A DNA stretch of 64,000 nt from Ignavibacteriota bacterium (lineage in GTDB: Bacteria > Bacteroidota > Ignavibacteria > Palsa-1295), in contig CAWBEI010000002.1 in NCBI GenBank assembly GCA_963787835.1, positions 1,120,001 to 1,184,000 on the forward strand. The letters run 5' to 3'. This document shows, in pieces, positions 55,861-64,000 of this stretch. Position 1 is the stretch's first letter; every line of letters starts with the position of its first letter. Made by a program: the position numbers and the translations under genes. Under the pieces are notes generated by a model that saw only the letters and a program-made list of their open reading frames with translations, was not told the origin of the DNA and did not search any database.

Positions 55861-56673
55861 ATGAGACTTAGCTTAGAAGACCTCCTGGCCTCCGGTGCTC
55901 ACTTTGGGCATCTCACACGCCGTTGGAACCCGAAGATGAAACCGTACATCTTCATGGAACGCAACGGAATTCACATCATCGATCTCAAGAAAACGCAAGA
56001 GCTTGCTGAAGAAGCGCTCGAAGCGGCGGAGCGATTGTCCGCAGAAGGAAAAAAATTCCTTTTCGTAGCGACCAAAAAGCAGCTTCGGGCCATGGTCAAA
56101 GAGGAAGCAGAACGCTCCGGCCAATTTTTTGCGATCGACCGCTGGTTGGGCGGCATGCTGACAAATTTCGCGACCATCCGCAAATCCCTCAAGCGCTTAC
56201 AGCAGATCGAAAAGATGGAAGAAGAAGGTTCCATCGAGAATTTTACGAAGCGCGAACGCCTCGATTATACCCGCGAGAAAGAGAAGCTTACGGGAACTCT
56301 GGGCGGAATCGTCGAGATGCGCGGTTTGCCTTCAGCGATGCTCATTATCGATATTAAGAAGGAGCATATCGCAGTCGAAGAGGCGCGCAAGCTTGGTATT
56401 CCGATCTTCGCGCTGGTCGATACGAATGTTGATCCCGATCTCGTGGATTATCCGATCCCGGCGAATGACGATGCGCTTCGTTCCGTTCAGCTTTTCGTTC
56501 ATGCGTTTGCCGACGCGATCAATAATGGCCGCGCAGCAGCTCGCGCTCGCAAGGTCGATGATGTAGCTACGGAAGGTCGTCCGGAACTCAATCTCGAACG
56601 CCGCGGACGCCGTGTGGAGATCGAAGCAAGCGACTTTATGCCGGTTCAGCCGGAACCCGCAACGGCAGCTTGA
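55861..56673 (+). CDS. rpsB: 30S ribosomal protein S2
   Basis: [34 protein letters not shown]. Confidence 0.98.
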   Translation: MRLSLEDLLASGAHFGHLTRRWNPKMKPYIFMERNGIHIIDLKKTQELAEEALEAAERLSAEGKKFLFVATKKQLRAMVKEEAERSGQFFAIDRWLGGMLTNFATIRKSLKRLQQIEKMEEEGSIENFTKRERLDYTREKEKLTGTLGGIVEMRGLPSAMLIIDIKKEHIAVEEARKLGIPIFALVDTNVDPDLVDYPIPANDDALRSVQLFVHAFADAINNGRAAARARKVDDVATEGRPELNLERRGRRVEIEASDFMPVQPEPATAA

Positions 56674-56717
56674 CCTCTCCCCCCAACCCCTCTCCTTCGT
56701 AAGGAGAGGGGCTTTTT
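56673..56717 (+). repeat. C-rich/G-rich palindrome with U-tail after rpsB (possible terminator/attenuator)
   Basis: acctctccccccaacccctctccttcgtaaggagaggggcttttt. Confidence 0.7.
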
Positions 56718-56743
56718 CAAACTTAGCACTTTAGTACAATAAA

Positions 56744-57595
56744 ATGGCAATTTCAGCAGAACTCGTAAAAAATCTTCGCGATAAAACCGGCGCCGGTATG
56801 GCAGACTGTAAAAAGGCGCTCGAAGAAGCGAATGGCGATGAGCAAAAGGCGATTGAAGTCCTCCGCAAGCGCGGTTCTGCATCTGCTGCGAAACGAGCGG
56901 ACCGTGAGGCGAAAGAGGGAATTATCGTTGCCAGCGTTTCCGAAGATCGCAAACATGGCGTGCTCGCCGAAGTGAATTCCGAGACGGATTTCGTTGCGCG
57001 CAATGAATCCTTCGTTCGGTTTGCACAGGATATTGCTGATGCTGCTTTGAAAGTTGCACCGAATTCGCATGAGGAATTTTTAGTTGCCCGCTTATCGAAC
57101 GGCGCAACGATTTCCGAAGAAGTCGGTGCCCAAACCGGGCGCCTGGGTGAAAAACTGGAAGCTCGCCGATTTGAAATGGTTTCGGAACGATCTGGTTTTG
57201 TGACGAGCTACATTCATCCTGGTGCAAAGTTGGGTGTGCTGGTTGCTATTGCGGGCGGAACGGAAAACACGGCGCTTGGCCGCGACATTGCCATGCAAAT
57301 CGCAGCAATGAACCCAATGGCGGTCGATCGCACGCAGATCTCGACCGAACAGATCGAGAAGGAACTCGAAATTTATCGCACGCAAGCCCGTAACGAAGGC
57401 AAGAAGGAAGAAGTTATCGACCGCATTGCGAAAGGCAAACTCGAAAAGTATTATCAGGATTTTTGCCTTGCCGAACAAAGTTTTATTAAGGATGCAGCGA
57501 GAACTGTTACCGATCTTCTGAAAGAAGCCGGTGGATTAAAAATTACCGGCTTTGTCCGGATGCAGTTGGGGGAGATGCATAAGGGCGCGGAGTAG
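56744..57595 (+). CDS. tsf: Elongation factor Ts
   Basis: LRDKTGAGMADCKKAL, EVNSETDFVARN, AMQIAAM.P. Confidence 0.98.
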   Translation: MAISAELVKNLRDKTGAGMADCKKALEEANGDEQKAIEVLRKRGSASAAKRADREAKEGIIVASVSEDRKHGVLAEVNSETDFVARNESFVRFAQDIADAALKVAPNSHEEFLVARLSNGATISEEVGAQTGRLGEKLEARRFEMVSERSGFVTSYIHPGAKLGVLVAIAGGTENTALGRDIAMQIAAMNPMAVDRTQISTEQIEKELEIYRTQARNEGKKEEVIDRIAKGKLEKYYQDFCLAEQSFIKDAARTVTDLLKEAGGLKITGFVRMQLGEMHKGAE

Positions 57596-57633
57596 GTGGC
57601 TGCATAAGCGCTACATCAAGTCTTTCGCAGTCA

Positions 57634-58365
57634 TTAGTAGATGGGGTGAGCCGACAATTCCGCGATAAAGACTACTATGCCTATATCGATTAGGACACCG
57701 ATTACAAGCCCTATCGTCTGGCCCGTGTTGCTCTTCTCGATAAACGTTGTATTGTAAAAATCGGTGTTTGTCAATGTGAAGAGCTTTTGCTGGTCTGAAA
57801 AGTGAAGGATCGCTTTTACAGGAACATTATTGGAATCGAGGGTGGATTTTAACTCGGTCAATGAATTTACGTTCCCATTCACATGAAAGTATGACATGCC
57901 TGAGACGGGCAGATCTTGGACCACGCCCTTCTGTGAAGCGCTCATGGCGATCCCGTCTGGGGTGAAACCACGGAATTGACCGGTAAAATATTCATATCCT
58001 TTTAAGAGGGTTTCGATGGAATCACCGATTTGTAATGGTATTACGCGTGAACTACGAGGCTTTGTCTCGAACGAAGTCCAGCGTTCACGATACTCGGAGT
58101 CCGGCTCATCCGTGTAGCCCTCGAATGTCGCATAGTGAACGGTTGAGTCATTATATCGGATTCGAGCGAATCGCTTGGTGTTGCTGTTAACGTCGCTAAA
58201 GATGGGCTTGGTAAACGCAGCAGTGGTATCAGAGCGCCAATTTGCATAATCATTTATATTATCTATCGATGCTCCAATCGAAGAAAGGAGGAATGTGCAG
58301 CCCTCGGCTGAAAATGCCGCGATTGCGAGGAGGAGAAAGAGGGAAGTGGTATGTGGGTGTTTCAT
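57634..58365 (-). CDS. Hypothetical lipoprotein-like membrane protein (paralog of neighbour)
   Basis: Leader with EGC, C-terminal TM helix; shares RFARI.YNDS.V.YATFE with 58378 gene. Confidence 0.75.
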   Translation of the reverse strand: MKHPHTTSLFLLLAIAAFSAEGCTFLLSSIGASIDNINDYANWRSDTTAAFTKPIFSDVNSNTKRFARIRYNDSTVHYATFEGYTDEPDSEYRERWTSFETKPRSSRVIPLQIGDSIETLLKGYEYFTGQFRGFTPDGIAMSASQKGVVQDLPVSGMSYFHVNGNVNSLTELKSTLDSNNVPVKAILHFSDQQKLFTLTNTDFYNTTFIEKSNTGQTIGLVIGVLIDIGIVVFIAELSAHPIY

Positions 58366-58377
58366 TTTGGCTTTTAG

Positions 58378-59172
58378 TTATTTATGTGCTATATAATCGA
58401 TGCCATTCCCGCCACTAAAATTTGGTCCGCCGCCCCAGTTCCAATTGCCGCCAAATGAAAACTTGGGAGGATTAGTTACCAGTTCTATAATGATCGCGAG
58501 ATCTATGATCGCCCCGATCGCCGCCCCGATCGCTCCTGCATTACTGTGAGTGAATTTTACGTTAATAAAATCGCTGTTTGTAAGAGTGAATGGCTTTTGC
58601 TGCTGGTCGGTAAAGCGAAGAATGGCACGTACCGGCACATCGCTGGAATCGTACATCGATTTCAGTGTATCCAACGAATTTCCTTTTCCAGTTACACCGG
58701 CATAGTCCAAATCTGTTAGTGGCAAATACTTATGTCGATCGTTCTGGGCAACTTTCAGATAGATTCCCTCCGGGTAGTAAGCTTCGAAGATGCCGGCCTG
58801 TTTGTTGAACCAACTGTATTTATTGAGTTCGATCGAATCCCCAATGTTAATTGGGATCGTGGATGAATTAGGATGCTTTGTAGCAAACAAGGTCCACTGT
58901 GTACGGTAAGCCGAGTCTGTCTCATCCGAGTAGTCCTCGAATGTTGCGTATCCTACGTTCGAGTCGTTATATTGGATGCGAGCGAATCGCCCGGTGTTAC
59001 CGTTTGCGTCGTGAAAAAGCGGCTGGGTAAAGGTCGCTGTGGTATCGTGGGCGTGGTTATTTACGTTATCAATAGCGGCACCGATCCCCAAGCCAATGAG
59101 GGTGCAGCCATTGCAGGAAAATGCTGCGATCGCAAGGAGAAGGAAGAGGTAAATGATGTTTGCTTGTTTCAT
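58378..59172 (-). CDS. Hypothetical lipoprotein-like membrane protein (paralog of neighbour)
   Basis: Leader with NGC, glycine-zipper-like segments at both ends; start ATG 59172 assumed. Confidence 0.75.
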   Translation of the reverse strand: MKQANIIYLFLLLAIAAFSCNGCTLIGLGIGAAIDNVNNHAHDTTATFTQPLFHDANGNTGRFARIQYNDSNVGYATFEDYSDETDSAYRTQWTLFATKHPNSSTIPINIGDSIELNKYSWFNKQAGIFEAYYPEGIYLKVAQNDRHKYLPLTDLDYAGVTGKGNSLDTLKSMYDSSDVPVRAILRFTDQQQKPFTLTNSDFINVKFTHSNAGAIGAAIGAIIDLAIIIELVTNPPKFSFGGNWNWGGGPNFSGGNGIDYIAHK

Positions 59173-59308
59173 GTTCGTTGTCGTTAGTTTAGGCTCCAAA
59201 AATACCTTATATGGCAGGGGGACTTGTCACCGAATTGTCATAAAGTTGTAAAAGAATTTATATGCAAATTCACCCTTTCATTGGTATTGTGTCGTATTTT
59301 TGCACCTA

Positions 59309-60034
59309 ATGCATAGCAATTCTAAATCCCGGTATAAACGGATTCTGCTCAAGCTTTCGGGAGAGGCCCTGATGGGCGAGCGAGAATATGGCATCGATCC
59401 CAAAGTATTAGAACAATTTGCTGCCGATGTCGTGGAAAGCGCAGCCTTGGGTGTAGAGATCGGGATCGTGGTTGGAGGGGGTAATATTTTTCGTGGCGTG
59501 TCAGGAAGCACGGAAGGCATCAGCCGTGTGCAGGGCGACCAGATGGGAATGCTCGCCACAATGATCAATGCGTTGGCCTTGCAGAATGCGCTGGAGTCTG
59601 CCGGACTTTATAGCCGGCTCATGTCCGCAATCTCGATGACGCAATTTGCGGAGCCATTCATTCGGCGCAAAGCGATTCGGCATTTAGAAAAAGGCCGAGT
59701 CGTTATTTTTGGATGCGGTACTGGCAATCCATTTTTCACAACCGATACCGCTGCTGCACTTCGTGCAGTCGAGATCGATGCTGATGCTGTATTCAAAGGC
59801 ACGCGCGTCGATGGCATTTACGATTCCGATCCGGAAAAGAATGCCGATGCCCGGCACATTCCATCGATCAGTTACATGGAAGTGCTCCATCAGGGACTTC
59901 GCATCATGGATCTGACAGCCATCACCCTTTGCCAGGAAAATAATCTGCCTATCGTAGTTTTTAATATGAACAGAAAAGGGAATTTACAGCGAGTGCTAAC
60001 CGAGGACGGCGTCGGAAGTATTGTGACGGTGTGA
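59309..60034 (+). CDS. pyrH: UMP kinase
   Basis: [37 protein letters not shown]. Confidence 0.98.
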   Translation: MHSNSKSRYKRILLKLSGEALMGEREYGIDPKVLEQFAADVVESAALGVEIGIVVGGGNIFRGVSGSTEGISRVQGDQMGMLATMINALALQNALESAGLYSRLMSAISMTQFAEPFIRRKAIRHLEKGRVVIFGCGTGNPFFTTDTAAALRAVEIDADAVFKGTRVDGIYDSDPEKNADARHIPSISYMEVLHQGLRIMDLTAITLCQENNLPIVVFNMNRKGNLQRVLTEDGVGSIVTV

Positions 60035-60041
60035 AGGAATT

Positions 60042-60621
60042 CTGAACCTGGATTTATGGGATGAATGGGATGTTTGAGATAAAGCTATGACTGAGAAAGA
60101 TCTCCCTGACTCCGAGATCACTCGAAAAATTATTGGATGCGCTATGAAAGTGCATACCGAATTAGGCAACGGGTTTCAGGAATTTATTTATCAGGCTGGT
60201 TTGGAAATCGAATTTCGAGATCAAGGGATAGAGTACGAGAGAGAGTTTGAAATGCCTATTTATTACAAAGCTCAATTATTAGGCACTCGACGCATAGATT
60301 TTTTAGTTAATCGAAATATCTCCGTTGAACTCAAAGCGATTATTGAGCTCGGTGACGTGCATATTGCCCAAGCTTTGAATTATCTTGAAGCATACAATAT
60401 TCAGACCGGATTACTCATCAATTTTGGTTCAAAACGCCTTACATTTCACCGATTGCGCAACAAAAAGTATCGGCCCACCATTTGAACTGGGATGTTTGGG
60501 ATGAATGGGATGTTTAGTATAAGGTGGATAGGATAATCACACTCTGAGGAATTAAACTGCCTCATCGAAAGCATAGACCATTATCCCAAACATCCCATTC
60601 ATCCCATAAATCCAGGTTCAG
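60042..60621. mobile_element. Inverted-repeat-bounded cassette carrying a GxxExxY gene (putative mobile/intervening element)
   Basis: 41-bp inverted repeats 60042-60082 and 60581-60621 (40/41 match); third degenerate direct copy 60483-60522. Confidence 0.6.
60087..60485 (+). CDS. GxxExxY protein (PD-(D/E)xK nuclease superfamily)
   Basis: GFQEFIY motif, RIDFLV....VELKA, Q..NYL, GLLINFG. Confidence 0.92.
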   Translation: MTEKDLPDSEITRKIIGCAMKVHTELGNGFQEFIYQAGLEIEFRDQGIEYEREFEMPIYYKAQLLGTRRIDFLVNRNISVELKAIIELGDVHIAQALNYLEAYNIQTGLLINFGSKRLTFHRLRNKKYRPTI

Positions 60622-60627
60622 GAGCCT

Positions 60628-61191
60628 ATGAATACCATCAAAGAAATCACCGCCGACTGCGAGAACCGCATGTCAAAAGCCGTTGAAAATGTACGGCATG
60701 AACTCGCTAAAATTCGCACAGGCCGCGCCTCGACCGCGCTGCTGGATGCCGTGAAAGTGGAAGCCTACGGCAGCGAAACGCCGCTCAATCAGGTTGGGAA
60801 CCTGAGTGTGAGCGATGCGCATACGATCTCGATCCAGGTGTGGGATAAAGGGTTGATGGGTGCAGTAGAGAAGGCAATTCGCAATGCTAATCTCGGATTA
60901 AATCCCATGAACGACGGGCAGATGATTCGTGTGCCAATGCCACCGCTGACCGAAGAGCGGCGAGTGGAGATATCCAAGCTCGTCAAAAAATTTGGCGAGG
61001 AAGGAAAGATCGCCGTCCGAAACGTTCGCCGCGATGCGATGGAACATTTGAAGAAAGCGGAAAAAGCTGACCACTTTAGCGAGGACGACCGCAAGCGCGG
61101 CGAGGATGAAGTTCAGAAAAAGACCGACCATCAGATCAAGGAGATCGATAGTCTCGTTGCGACCAAAGAAAAAGAAGTGATGGCGGTATAA
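60628..61191 (+). CDS. frr: Ribosome recycling factor
   Basis: IRTGRA, LGLNP.NDG, PPLTEERR, VRNVRRDA. Confidence 0.98.
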   Translation: MNTIKEITADCENRMSKAVENVRHELAKIRTGRASTALLDAVKVEAYGSETPLNQVGNLSVSDAHTISIQVWDKGLMGAVEKAIRNANLGLNPMNDGQMIRVPMPPLTEERRVEISKLVKKFGEEGKIAVRNVRRDAMEHLKKAEKADHFSEDDRKRGEDEVQKKTDHQIKEIDSLVATKEKEVMAV

Positions 61192-61197
61192 TTAATA

Positions 61198-61336
61198 CTG
61201 TCATTCCAAGCGTAGTTTGTCGAGCGAAAGCGAGACAAACGAAGTCGAGGAATCTTTTTCTGAAGTAGCATAGAACCAGATTCCTCGACTCCGAAAATCA
61301 TCGCTTCGCTCTGATTTTCTCTGCTCGGAATGACAG
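61198..61336. repeat. CGTC/TGTC-type palindromic repeat element
   Basis: CTGTCATTCC...AGTCGAGGAATCT / AGATTCCTCGACT...GGAATGACAG. Confidence 0.85.
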
Positions 61337-61351
61337 AATAATATAAATTCA

Positions 61352-61930
61352 ATGTTCCCTCTCGATCGCCAGCTTTTCTTTGCCTTCAACAATGGCTTGA
61401 AATGCGGCTTTAACGATCTTTGGTTGGGTTATGCAACCTGGCTGGGAAATGGATGGATCGCGTTCCCAATCGGTGTAATAGTTCTTCTTGCGATAGACCG
61501 CCGTTCATTCTGGTGGAATATCCTTGCGCTTGCACTTTCGGGAGTTGTTGCAGGAATTGCGCTCAATGTCCTTAAATCGGCATTTCACACGCCGAGGCCG
61601 CTTACCGTGTTCGCTCCTGATATTGCTGCGGGCCGAGTGTATCTCAATGTGATGTTCGATAAGTTGTATTATAGTTCTTTCCCATCGGGTCATTCGCAGA
61701 CGATCTTTACGGTTGCGACGGTTCTTCTGTGGGCTGGCATTCGGGCTCGCAAATTGAATTTCTGGAGTGGAGGAGCGATCATTTTAATTGCAATAATAGT
61801 GGGAATATCGAGAATTTATTGCGGCGCGCATTTCCCATCGGACGTTTTGGGAGGGGCTGTGCTGGGTAGCGGGACGGCACTGGTGTGCTGCTTTGCTGTT
61901 GGACGCTTGGGAACAAAAAGGAAGGAATAG
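61352..61930 (+). CDS. PAP2 family phosphatase
   Basis: K......RP, SFPSGH, SRIY.GAHFPSDV. Confidence 0.93.
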   Translation: MFPLDRQLFFAFNNGLKCGFNDLWLGYATWLGNGWIAFPIGVIVLLAIDRRSFWWNILALALSGVVAGIALNVLKSAFHTPRPLTVFAPDIAAGRVYLNVMFDKLYYSSFPSGHSQTIFTVATVLLWAGIRARKLNFWSGGAIILIAIIVGISRIYCGAHFPSDVLGGAVLGSGTALVCCFAVGRLGTKRKE

Positions 61931-61939
61931 CTTCTCGTA

Positions 61940-62565
61940 TCAATGGAAATATTTTAAATTGATAATTTTGGTCTCTTCATTTTCATCCGAACCAATGCGA
62001 GGGGATAGATGAACAATTACTCGATTGGCATCAATGTTGACCTTGCAATATGAACGGTCACCAAGTGCAATCTGTCCGAGCTTCTTGAGCAAAATTCGTT
62101 CTGTATGTTTGACAGTGCTGTCGAGATCTTCAAGCGCAGTATCTTTGACAACTGAAAGTACGAGAAGATTTTCGAATTCACCGGAACCGCCCCCTTGATC
62201 CCAAGTCTCAAGAATATAATAGCCGTTTTTCGTTTGACCCATATACTGGTACGTGAATTCGTCAGGGAACCTTGACTTCGATTTCTTATCTCGTTCATAA
62301 TAAACATACGGATATCGTGCGTCGTCAAGTTTTCTAGTCATTATAGAATCACAGAAATAACGATTACTTTCCTGCGATTGGAGCAGATTAACCGCAACGA
62401 CTTGATCGCCTCCATCGCTTTCCCATGTCGTAAGGTCCTCGAGGATGCGGGGATGATAAATGGGGCTTTTGTAAAACTCCACTTGCCAATTTGCTGGGCG
62501 TGAGCAGTCGCGCCCAAAAGAACGAAAGCAGAATAGATGACAAGGAGGGATCGGATAACCTTCAT
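61940..62565 (-). pseudogene. Secreted hypothetical protein, frameshifted as assembled
   Basis: Signal peptide MKVIRSLLVIYSAFVLLGATAHAQ (ATG 62565) is out of frame with the body HPRILEDLTTW...; one extra base near 62455 joins them. Confidence 0.65.
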
Positions 62566-62578
62566 GTTACAAAAATAC

Positions 62579-62610
62579 AAAAAAGGGACACGCTTCCACG
62601 TGTCCCTTTT
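62579..62610 (-). terminator. Intrinsic terminator of clpC
   Basis: AAAAGGGACACG-cttcca-CGTGTCCCTTTT hairpin with T-tail on the minus strand. Confidence 0.85.
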
Positions 62611-62628
62611 ATTGAGTAGCTATTTACA

Positions 62629-64000
62629 TTACACTTCCGCCGTTTCCGGATGATCTCCGGAGGCAGCTTCGTGGTGCTCTTCTTCAGGCGGTGCGATGAT
62701 GCCGGCTTCCTTCATTACATCGTCGATCGAGGCGGTGGGCTTGGAAACAGCTTCTCCACCACTGGCTTTTGCTTCGACGGTGAAGAGCAGCTCAGCGCCA
62801 TTGGCGGCAACATCGACCTTAACAACGGTGCCATCCTTGACCGTCCCTTTGAGGATCTCCTCGGCGATCGGGTCTTCAACGTACTTTTGCATCGCGCGTT
62901 TGAGCGGGCGAGCGCCATACGTTTTATCGAATCCTTTATCGGCAAGGAAATCGAGTGCACGATCGGTAAGCTGAACATCCACGCCCATCTCGTGAACGCG
63001 CTTGAGCAGTTTTTTCAGATTGATCTGAATGATGAGCTTAATGTCGGACTTTTCGAGATGACGGAATACGATGGTATCGTCAATACGATTAAGGAACTCC
63101 GGATTGAAAAGCCGTTTCATCGATTCATCGACCTGGTCTTTCATCTTCGTATGCTCATCGCCGGTAGCGGATTCGCCAAAGCCGATGCGAGCCTGCTTCT
63201 TAATGTCTTTCGTTCCGACATTGGAAGTCATGATGATGATCGTATTCTTGAAATCGACGCGGCGGCCAAGCGAATCCGTTAGCTGGCCATCATCGAGCAC
63301 TTGCAGCAGGATATTAAACACATCCGGATGCGCCTTTTCGATCTCGTCAAGCAGCACGACGGAATATGGTTTGCGGCGTACTTTTTCGGTAAGCTGACCA
63401 CCCTCTTCATATCCCACATACCCCGGAGGTGCGCCAACAAGGCGGCTCACGGAGAACTTTTCCATGTATTCCGACATGTCGATGCGAATGAGCGAATCAT
63501 CGGAATCGAACAGATAGCGTGCAAGCGTTTTTGCAAGCTCTGTTTTCCCAACACCCGTTGGACCTAAGAATACAAAGCTGCCGATCGGGCGGTTGGGATC
63601 TTTTAATCCAGCGCGAGCGCGGCGAATCGCCTTCGAAAGTTTTTCGATGGCTTCATCCTGACCAACGATCGAGCCTGCGAGCGACGCCTGCATATTGAGC
63701 AGCTTCAACGACTCGCTCTCTGCAACCTTGTTGACCGGAATACCGGTCATCATTGCAACAACGTCTGCAATGTCATCCTCGCTGACTTCATACACTTGTG
63801 CGCCGCTTTCAGCTTCCCAATCCGAGATCGCGGATTCGAGATCCTGCTGATATTTCTTTTCAAGATCGCGCAAACGCGCGGCTTCCTCGAAGTTCTGAGT
63901 CTTGACGACTAAATTCTTTTCGCCCTTTACGTCTTCGATCTTCTTTTCGAGTTCCTCGATATTCTTTGGAGCATGGACGTTGGCCAGATGCACGCGGCTT
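62629..64000 (-). CDS. clpC: ATP-dependent Clp protease ATP-binding subunit ClpC (5' part outside window)
   Basis: UVR motif [41 protein letters not shown]. Confidence 0.95.
   Translation of the reverse strand, partial: SRVHLANVHAPKNIEELEKKIEDVKGEKNLVVKTQNFEEAARLRDLEKKYQQDLESAISDWEAESGAQVYEVSEDDIADVVAMMTGIPVNKVAESESLKLLNMQASLAGSIVGQDEAIEKLSKAIRRARAGLKDPNRPIGSFVFLGPTGVGKTELAKTLARYLFDSDDSLIRIDMSEYMEKFSVSRLVGAPPGYVGYEEGGQLTEKVRRKPYSVVLLDEIEKAHPDVFNILLQVLDDGQLTDSLGRRVDFKNTIIIMTSNVGTKDIKKQARIGFGESATGDEHTKMKDQVDESMKRLFNPEFLNRIDDTIVFRHLEKSDIKLIIQINLKKLLKRVHEMGVDVQLTDRALDFLADKGFDKTYGARPLKRAMQKYVEDPIAEEILKGTVKDGTVVKVDVAANGAELLFTVEAKASGGEAVSKPTASIDDVMKEAGIIAPPEEEHHEAASGDHPETAEV

Noticed and set aside
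57592-57614. GTAG...CTAC at the tsf stop as another REP
   Set aside because: Internal palindrome too weak and no second copy in the window

Overview
Bacterial chromosome segment, most likely Bacteroidota/Chlorobi-Ignavibacteria-like (inferred from T9SS C-terminal sorting domains, the argCJB(F)RGH gene order and the rplM-rpsI-rpsB-tsf-pyrH-frr cluster). Contents: three tandem modular T9SS-type surface proteins sharing a conserved pre-CTD domain (the first, 2..1753, is missing from the ORF track); a flippase; a Kelch protein; a hicBA toxin-antitoxin pair; a TPP-riboswitch thiamine locus interrupted by an ABC exporter and an antisense cytochrome c; an arginine operon with an ArgB-ArgF fusion and an ARG box; purT, tag, pntAB, uvrD/pcrA, acid phosphatase, egtB; an AT-rich orphan Zn-ribbon/PD-(D/E)xK protein; translation genes; and clpC (partial). 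The most notable unexplained structure is a set of at least five families of short palindromic or repeat elements. Some are inserted in-frame in UvrD and EgtB, some supply gene ends, and two bracket small passenger ORFs (GxxExxY nuclease, four-helix bundle) inside housekeeping operons. No CRISPR array, rRNA, tRNA, integrase or transposase was seen. Two single-base frameshifts may be assembly errors.
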